Source of the DNA: the human T2T-CHM13v2.0 reference genome, Homo sapiens
Length of the DNA stretch: 64,000 bases
Reading direction: 5' to 3' (one strand)
Assembly (NCBI RefSeq): GCF_009914755.1
Contig: NC_060933.1
Positions 54,301 through 64,000 of the stretch are shown here, piece by piece (the stretch's first letter is position 1; each line of letters begins with the position of its first letter). The position numbers and the translations under genes are program-made. The notes under the pieces are model-generated. The model was given only the letters and a program-made list of their open reading frames with translations. It did no database searches and was not told where the DNA came from.

Positions 54301-57300
54301 GAATGGAATGGAATGGAATGCAATGGAATGGAATCATCCGTAATGGAATGGAAAAGAATGGAATGGAATGGAATGGAATGGAATGGAATGGAATGGAATC
54401 AACTCGATTGCAATCGAATGGAATGGAATGGAATTAACCCGAATAGAATGGAATGGAATGGAATGGAATGGAACGGAACGGAATGGAATGGAATGGAATG
54501 GAATGGAATGGAATGGAATGGAACGGAAAGGAATGGAATGGAATGGAATGGAATGGAATGGAATGGAATCAACGCGAGTGCAGGGGAAAGGAATGGAATG
54601 GAATGCAATGGAATGGAATCTTCCGGAATGGAATGGAATGGAATGGAATGGAATCAACGCGACTGCAGGGGAATGGAATGTAATGGAATGTAATGGAATG
54701 GAATCTTCCGGAATGGAATGGAATGGAATGGAATCAACCCGAGTGCAATGGAATGGAGTGGAATGGAATGGAATGGAATGGAACAACCCGAATGGAATCG
54801 AATGTAATGGAGAGTAAGGGAGTTGAATAGAATCAATCCGAATGTAATGGAATGGAATGGAACGGAATGGAATTGAATGGAATGGAATGGAATGCAATGG
54901 AATGGAATCATCCGTAATGGAATGGAATGGAATGGAATGGATTGGAATGGAATGGAATGGTATGGAATGGAATGGAATGGTACGGAATAGAATGGAATGG
55001 AACGAATTGTAATGGAATGGAATTGAATGGAAAGGAATGGAATGGAATGGAATCAACGCGAGTGCAGGGGAATGTAATGGAACGGAATGCAATGGAATGG
55101 AATCATCCGGAATGGAATGGAATGGAATGGAATGGAATGGAATCAACCCGAGTGCAATGGAATGGAGTGGAATGGAATGGAATGGAATGGAACAACCCGA
55201 ATGGAATGGAATGTAATGGACAGTAAGGGAGTTGAATAGAATGAATGCGAATGTAATGGAATGGAATGCAACGGAATGGAATGGAATGGAATGGAATGGA
55301 ATGGAATGGAATGCAAAGGAATGGAATCAACCCGAGTGGAACGGCATGGAATGGAATGCAATGGATTGGAATGGAATGGAATCAACTCGAGTGGAAAGGA
55401 ATGGAATGGAATGGAAAGGAATGGAATAAAGTCAACTCGAGTGGAATAGAATGGAATGGAATGGATTGGAATGGATTGCAATGGAATGCAATGGAATGGA
55501 ATCAATCATGGAAGGGAATGTAATGGAGTGGAAAGAAGGGAATGGAATCAACCCGAGTGGAATGCAAGGCAATGGAATGGAATGGAAAGGAATGGAATGG
55601 AATCAACTCGATTGCAATGGAATGGAATGGAATGGAATGGAATGGAATGGAATTAACCGGAATAGAATGGAATGGAATGGAATGGGACGGAATGGAATGG
55701 AATGGAAGGGATTGGAATCAACACGAGTGCAGGGGAATGGAATGGAATGGAATGCAATGCAATGGAATCATCCGGAATGGAATGGAATGGAATGGAATCA
55801 ACTCCATTGCAATGGAATGGAATGGAATGGAATGGAATAGAATGGAATGGAATTAACCCGAATAGATGGAATGCAATAGAATGGAATGCAACGGAACCGA
55901 ATGGAGTGGAATGGAATGGAATGGAATCAACACGAGTACAGGGGAATGGAATGGAATGGAATGCAATGGAATGGAGTCATCCGTAATGGAATGGAAAGGA
56001 ATGGAATGGAATGGAATGGAATGGAATGGAATGGAATGGAATGGAATCAACTCGATGGCAATCGAATGGAATGGAATGGAATTAACCCGAATGGAATGGA
56101 ATGGAATGGAACGGAACGGAATGGAATGGAATGGAATGGAATGGAATGGAATGGAACGGAACGGAATGGAATGGAATGGAATGGAATGGAATCAACGCGA
56201 GTGCAGGGGAATGGAATGGAATGGAATGCAATGGAATGGAATCTTCCGGAATGGAATGGAATGGAATGGAATGAAAGGCAATGGATTCAACTCGATTGCA
56301 ATGGAATGGAATAGAATGGAATGGAATGGAATGGAATGGAATGGAATTGAATGGAATGGAATGCCTTCAAACCGAATGGAATGGAAAGGAATGGAATCAA
56401 CACGAGTGGAAAGGAATGGAATGGAAAGGAATGGAATGGTACGGAATAGAACGGAATGGAACGAACTGGAATGGAATGGAATGGAATGGAATGGAATGGA
56501 ATGGAATGGAATCGTTCCGAGTGGAATAGGAGGGAATGTATTCGACTGGAATGGAAAGGAATGGAATCAACCAGAGTGGAATGGAAGGGAATGGAATGGA
56601 ATGGAAACTAATAGAATGGAATCAACCTGAGTGAAATGGAATGGAAAGGACTGGAATGGAATGGAATGGAATGGTATGGAATCAACTCGATTGTAATGGA
56701 ATGGAATGGAATGGAATGGAATGGAATGGAATGCAATGGAATGGAATGGAATGGAATTAACCCAAATACAATGGAATGGAATGGAATGGAACGGAATGGA
56801 GTGGAATGGAATGGAATCAACCCGAGTGCAGGGGAATGGAATGGAATGCAATGCAATGGAATGGAATCATCCGGAATGGAGTCGTATGGAATGGAATGCA
56901 AAGCAATGGAATCAACTCGATTGCAATGGAATGGAATGGAATGGAAAGGAATACATTGGAATCAACCCGAGTGGAATGGAATGGAAAGGACTGGAATGGA
57001 GTGGAATGGAATGGAATGGAATGGAATGGAATCAACTCGATTGGAATGGAATGGAATGGAATGGAATGGAATGGAATGGAATTAACCCGAATAGAATGGA
57101 ATGGAATGGAATGGAACGGAACGGAACGGAACGGAACGGAATGGAATGGAATGGAATGGAATGGAATGGAATCAACCCGACTGCAGGGGAATGGAATGGA
57201 ATGGAATGCAATGGAATGGATTCAACTTGAATGGAATGGAAAGAATGGAATCAACACGAGTGGAATGTCATGGATTGGAATGGAATGGAATGGAATCAAC

Positions 57301-59922
57301 CCGAGTACAGGGGAATGGAATGGAATGGAATGCAATGGAATGGAATCATGTGTAATGGAATGGAAAGGAATGGAATGGAATGGAATGGAAAGGAATGGAA
57401 TGGAATGGAATGGAATGGAATGGAATGGAATGGAATGGAATCAACTCGATTGCAATCGAATGGAATGGAATGGAATTAACCCGAATAGAATGGAATGGAA
57501 TGGAATGGAATGGAACGGAACGGAATGGAATGGAATGGAATGGAATGGAATGGAATGGAACGGAAAGGAATGGAATGGAATGGAATGGAATGGAATGGAA
57601 TGGAATGGAATGGAATCAACGCGAGTGCAGGGGAATGGAAAGGAAGGGAATGCAATGGAATAGAATCTTCCGGAATGGAATGGAATGGAATGGAATGGAA
57701 TGGAATGGAATGGAATAAACCCGAGTGCAATGGAATGGAGTGGAATGGAATGGAATGGAATGGAGCAACCCGAACGGAATGGAATGTAATGGAGAGTAAG
57801 GGAGTTGAATAGAATCAATCCGAATGTAATGGAATGGAATGGAACGGAATGGAATTGAATGGAATGGAATGGAATGCAATGGAATGGAATCAACCCGAGT
57901 GCAATGGAATGGAGAGGAATGGAATGGAATGGAATGGAAACTACCCGAATGGAATGGAATGTAATGGATTGTAAGGGAATTGAATAGAATCAATCCGAAT
58001 GGAATGGAATGGAATGGAACGGAATGGAATGGAATGGAATGGAATGGAATGCAATGGAATGGAATCAACCCGAGTGCAATCGAATGGAATCGAATGGAAT
58101 GGAATGCAATGGAATGGATTCAACTTGAATGGAATGGAAAGAATGGAATCAACACGAGTGGAAGGGCATGGATTGGAATGCAATGGAATGGAATCAACCG
58201 GAGTACAGGGGAATGGAATGGAATGGAATGCAATAGAATGGAATCATCCGTAATGGAATGGAAAGGAATGGAATGGAATGGAATGGAATGGAATAGAATG
58301 GAATCAACACGATTGCAATCGAATGGAATGGAATGGAATTAACCCGAATAGAATGGAATGGAATGGAATGGAACGGAACGGAATGGAATGGAATGGAATG
58401 GAATGGAATGGAACGGAACGGAATGGAATGGAATGGAATGGAATGGAATGGAATCAACGCGAGTGCAGGGGAATGGAATGGAATGGAATGCAATGGAATG
58501 GAATCTTCCGGAATGCAATGGAATGGAATGGAATGGAATGGAATTAACCCGAATAGAATGGAATGGAATGGAATGGAACGGAACGGAACGGAACGGAATG
58601 GAATGGAATGGAATGGAATGGAATCAACCCGACTGCAGGGGAATGGAATGGAATGGAATGGAATGGAATGGAATGGAATCATCTGGAACGGAATGGAATG
58701 GAATGGAATGGAATCAACTCGATTGCAATGGAATGGAATGGAATGGAATGGAATGGAATGGAATGGAATGGAATGGAATTCACCCAAATAGAATGGAATG
58801 GAATGGAATGGAAAGGAATGGAAGGGAAAGAAATGGAATGTAATCAACCCGAGTGCAGGGGAATGGAATGGAATGGAATGCAATGGAATGGAATCATCCG
58901 GAATGGAATGGAATGGAATGGTATCAACCCGAGTGCAGGGGAATGTAATGGAACGGAATGCAATGGAATGGAGTCATCCGGAATGGAATGGAATGGAATG
59001 GAATGGAATGGAATGGAATTAACCCGAATAGAATGGAATGGAATGGAATGGAACGGAATGGAACGGAATGGAATGGAATGGAATGGAATGGAATGGTATG
59101 GAAAGGAATGGAATGGTACGGAATAGAATGGAATGGAACGAATTGTAATGGAATGGAATTTAATGGAACGGAATGGAATGGAATGGAATCAACGCGAGTG
59201 CAGGGGAATGTAATGGAACGGAATGCAATGGAATGGAATCATCCGGAATGGAATGGAATGGAATGGAATGGAATGGAATGGAATGGAATGGAATCAACCC
59301 GAGTGCAATGGAATGGAGTGGAATGGAATGGAATGGAATGGAACAACCCGAATGGAATGGAATGTAATGGAGAGTAAGGGAGTTGAATAGAATCAATCCG
59401 AATGTAATGGAATGGAATGCAACGGAATGGAATGGAATGGAATGCAATGGAATGGAATGGAATGGAACGCAACGGAATGGAATCAACCCGAGTGGAATGG
59501 CATGGAATGGAATGCAATGGATTGGAATGGAATGGAATCAACTCGAGTGGAAAGGAATGGAATGGAATGGAAAGGAATGGAATGAAGTCAACTCGAGTGG
59601 AATGGAATGGAATGGAATGGATTGGAATGGATTGCAATGGAATGAAGTGGAATGGAATGGAATGGAATCAACTCCATTGCAATGGAATGGAATGGAATGG
59701 AATGGAATAGAATGGAATGGAATTAACCCGATTAGAATGGAATGCAATACAAGGGAATGCAACGGAACCGAATGGAGTGGAATGGAATGGAATGGAATCA
59801 ACCCGAGTACAGGGGAATGGAATGGAATGGAAAGCAATGGAATGGAGTCATCCGTAATGGAACGGAAAGGAATGGAATGGAATGGAATGGAATGGAATGG
59901 AATGGAATGGAATCAACTCGAT
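45386..59922 (+). repeat. 14,489-bp tandem duplication, copy 2 (plus 48-bp junction overlap)
   Basis: Identity to copy 1 runs until 45434 T vs 59923 G (CTCGATTGC vs CTCGATGGC). I noticed no internal mismatch by eye or in the ORF track. Confidence 0.96.
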
Positions 59923-62900
59923 GGCAATCGAATGGAATGGAATGGAATTAACCCGAATAGAATGGAATGGAATGGAATGGAACGGAACGGAATGGAATGG
60001 AATGGAATGGAATGGAATGGAACGGAACGGAATGGAATGGAATGGAATGGAATGGAATCAACGCGAGTGCAGGGGAATGGAATGGAATGGAATGTAATGG
60101 AATGGAATCTTACGGAATGGAATGGAATGGAATGGAATGGAATGAAAGGCAATGGATTCAACTCGATTGCAATGGAATGGAATAGAATGGAATGGAATGG
60201 AATGGAATGGAATGGAATGGAATGGAATGGAATCAACTCGATGGCAATCGAATGGAATGGAATGGAATTAACCCGAATAGAATGAAATGGAATGGAATGG
60301 AACGGAACGGAATGGAATGGAATGGAATGGAATGGAGTGGAACGGAACGGAATGGAATGGAATGGAATGGAATGGAAAGGAATGGAATCAACGCGATTGC
60401 AGGGGAATGGAATGTAATGGAATGCAAAGGAATGGAATGGGAATGGAATGTAATGGAATGCAATGGAATGGAATCTTCCGGAATGGAATGGAATGTAATG
60501 GAATCAACCCGAGTGCAATGGAATGGAGTGGAATGGAATGGAATGGAATGGAACAACCCGAATGGAATCGAATGTAATGGAGAGTAAGGGAGTTGAATAG
60601 AATCAATCCGAATGTAATGGAATGGAATGGAAAGGAATGGAATGGAATGGAATGGAATGGAATGCAATGGAATGGAATCAACCCGAGTGCAATCGAATGG
60701 AATCGAATGGAATGGAATGGAATGGAATGGAACGGAAAGGAAGGGAATGGAATGGAATAGAATGGAATAGAATGGAATCAACGCGAGTGCAGGGGAATGG
60801 AATGGAATGCAATGCAATGGAATGGAATCATCCGGAATGGAATGGAATGGAATGGAATGGAATGGAATGGAATGGAATGGAATCAACCCGAGTGCAATGG
60901 AATGGAGAGGAATGGAATGGAATGGAATGGAAACTACACGAATGGAATGGAATGTAATGGAGTGTAAGGGAATTGAATAGAATGAATCCGAATGGAATGG
61001 AATGCAATGGAATGGAAAGGAATGGAATGGAATGGAATGGAATGGAATGGAATGGAATGCAATGCCATGGAATCAACCCGAGTGCAATCGAATGGAATCG
61101 AATGGAATGGAATGCAATGGAATGGATTCAACTTGAATGGAATGGAAAGAATGGAATCAACACGAGTGGAATGGCATGGATTGGAATGGAATGGAATGGA
61201 ATCAACCCGAGTACAGGGGAATGGAATGGAATGGAATGCAATGGAATGGAATCATCCGTAATGGAATGGAAAGGAATGGAATGGAATGGAATGGAATGGA
61301 ATGGAATGGAAAGGAATGGAATGGAATGGAATGGAATGGAATGGAATGGAATGGAATGGAATCAACTCGATTGCAATCGAATGGAATGGAATGGAATTAA
61401 CCCGAATAGAATGGAATGGAATAGAATGGAACGGAACGGAACGGAATGGAATGGAATGGAATGGAATGGAATGGAAGGGAACGGAAAGGAATGGAATGGA
61501 ATGGAATGGAATGGAATGGAATGGAGTGGAATCAACGCGAGTTCAGGGGAATGGAATGGAATGGAATGCAATGGAATGGAATCTTCCGGAATGGAATGGA
61601 ATGGAATGGAATGGAATGGAATGGAATGGAATCAACCCGAGTGCAATGGAATGGAGTGGAATGGAATGGAATGGAATGGAACAACCCGAATGGAATGGAA
61701 TGTAATGGAGAGTAAGGGAGTTGAATAGAATCAATCCGAATGTAATGGAATGGAATGGAACGGAATGGAATTGAATGGAATGGAATGGAATGGAATGGAA
61801 TGGAATCAACACGATTGCAATGGAATGGAATGGAATGGAATTAACCCGAATAGAATGGAATGGAATGGAATGGAACGGAACGGAATGGAATGGAATGGAA
61901 TGGAATGGAATGGAACGGAACGGAATGGAATGGAATGGAATGGAATGGAATGGAATGGAAAGGAATGGAATCAACGCGAGTGCAGGGGAATGGAATGTAA
62001 TGGAATGCAATGGAATGGAATGTTCCGGAATGGAATGGAATGTAATGGAATCAACCCGAGTGCAATGGAATGGAGTGGAATGGAATGGAATGGAATGGAA
62101 CAACCCGAATGGAATCGAATGTAATGGAGAGTAAGGGAGTTGAATAGAATCAATCCGAATGTAATGGAATGGAATGGAACGGAATGGAATTGAATGGAAT
62201 GGAATGGAATGCAATGGAATGGAATCAACCCGAGTGCAATGGAATGGAGAGGAATGGAAGGCAATGGAATGGATTCAACTTGAATGGAATGGAAAGAATG
62301 GAATCAACACGAGTGGAATGGCATGGATTGGAAAGGAATGGAATGGAATCAACCCGAGTACAGGGGAATGGAATGGAATGGAATTAAATGGAATGGAATC
62401 ATCCGTAATGTAATGGAAAGGAATGGAATGGAATGGAATGGAATGGAATGGAATCAACTCGATTGCAATTGAATGGAATGGAATGGAATTAACCCGAATA
62501 GAATGGAATGGAATGGAATGGAATGGAACGGAACGGAATGGAATGGAATGGAATGGAATGGAACGGAACGGATCGGAATGGAATGGAATGGAATGGAATG
62601 GAATGGAATCAACGCGAGTGCAGGGGAATGGAATGGAATGGAATGCAATGGAATGGAATCTACCCGAGTACAGGGGAATGGAATGGAATGGAATGGAATG
62701 CAATGGAATGGAATCATCCGTAATGGAATGGAAAGGAATGGAATGGAATGGAATGGAATGGAATGGAATCAACTCGAGTGCAATCGAATGGAATGGAATG
62801 GAATTAAACCGAATAGAATGGAATGGAATGGAATGGAACGGAACGGAATGGAATGGAATGGAATGGAATGGAACGGAACGGAACGGAACGGAACGGAATG

Positions 62901-64000
62901 GAATGGAATGGAATGGAATGGAATGGAATGGAATGGAATCAACGCGAGTGCACGGGAATGGAATGGAATGGAATGCAATGGAATGGAATCTTCCGGAATG
63001 GAATGGAATGGAATGGAATGGAATGAAATGCAATGGATTCAACTCGATTGCAATGGAATGTTATAGAATGGGATGGAATGGAATGGAATGGAATTAACCC
63101 GAATAGAATGGAATGGAATGGAATGGAACGGAATGGAATGGTACGGAACAGAATGGAATGGAACGAATTGTAATGGAATGGAATTGAATGGAATGGAATG
63201 GAATGGAATGGAATCAACGCGAGTGCAGGGGAATGTAATGGAACGGAATGCAATGGAATGGAATCATCCGGAATGGAATGGAATGGAATGGAATGGAATG
63301 GAATCAACCCGAGTGCAATGGAATGGTGTGGAATGGAATGGAATGGAATGGAACAACCCGAATGCAATGGAATGTAATGGAGAGTAAGGGAGTTGAATAG
63401 AATCAATCCGAATGAAATGGAATGGAATGCAACGGAATGGAATGGAATGGAATGGAAAGGAATGGAATGGAATGGAATGGAATGCAAAGGAATGGAATCA
63501 ACCCGAGTGGAATGGCATGGAATGGAATGCAATGGATTGGAATGGAATGGAATCAACTCGAGTGGAAAGGAATGGAATGGAATGGAAAGGAATGGAATGA
63601 AGTCAACTCGAGTGGAATGGAATGGAATGGAATGGATTGGAATGGATTGCAATGGAATGAAATGGAATGGAATGGAATGGAATCAATCATTCCGAGTGGA
63701 ATGGAAGGGAATGTAATGGAGTGGAAAGAACGGAATGGAATCAACCCGAGTGGAATGCAAGGCAATGGAATGGAATGGAAAGGAATGGAATGGAATCAAC
63801 TCGATTGCAATGGAATGGAAAGGAATGGAATGGAATTAACCGGAATAGAATGGAATGGAATGGAATGGAACGGAATGGACTGAACACGAGTGCAGGGGAA
63901 TGGAATGGAATGGAATGCAATGGAATGGAATCATCCGGAATGGAATGGAATGGAATGGAATCAACTCCATTGCAATGGAATGGAATGGAATGGAATGGAA

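Larger units (their letters stand above)
1..64000 (+). repeat. Satellite 3 (HSat3/SatIII) array: (GGAAT)n with interspersed CAACCCGAGT-type decamers, G-rich strand on +, no inversion seen
   Basis: Every line is GGAAT pentamers with point variants (GCAAT, GTAAT, GGAAC, AGAAT, CGAAT) and recurrent CAAC(C/T/G/A)CGA(G/A/T)T decamers. This is the classical Sat3 signature, (ATTCC)n plus A(A/C)TCGGGTTG on the other strand. Long runs of pure pentamer distinguish it from HSat2, which is built on diverged ~23/26-bp units. Confidence 0.98.

Noticed and set aside
2-63883. Hundreds of ORFs on both strands (MEWNG / IPFHS repeats, up to 404 aa)
   Set aside because: (GGAAT)n has no stop codon in any frame on either strand, so overlapping ORFs in all six frames are expected. 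They have no domain content, and stops occur only at variant words. Not called as CDS.
1-64000. CRISPR-like alternation of conserved words and spacers
   Set aside because: The 'spacers' are GGAAT runs rather than unique sequence, there are no cas genes, and the context is eukaryotic satellite.
1-64000. Embedded Alu/L1/viral insertion or strand inversion
   Set aside because: I found no non-satellite stretch longer than ~30 bp, no poly-A tail or target-site duplication, and no (ATTCC)n block on the + strand.

Overview
All 64 kb is primate, most likely human, Satellite 3 (HSat3/SatIII) pericentromeric DNA. It is a single-orientation (GGAAT)n array with the purine-rich strand on +, interrupted every ~50-100 bp by CAACCCGAGT-type decamers and a small vocabulary of fixed variant modules. 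I see no genes, RNA genes, transposon insertions or strand inversions. All listed ORFs (MEWNG/IPFHS repeats) are arithmetic by-products of the pentamer. The array is structured by nested duplications: an apparently perfect 14,489-bp tandem duplication (30897-45433 = 45386-59922) whose junction lies in a 48-bp shared module, a 1,258-bp tandem duplication, a ~2.4-2.5-kb unit, and three older ~4-kb duplications at ~6.8-7.6-kb offsets. The most notable sequence-level signals are (i) about 50 perfect three-unit heat-shock elements (GGAAT-CTTCC-GGAAT) tied to one module, (ii) variants that convert quasi-palindromes into perfect palindromes, suggesting template-switch mutagenesis, and (iii) a module grammar. 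A chr9q12-type origin is an inference. Counts and identities were obtained by eye and from the ORF track, not by alignment.
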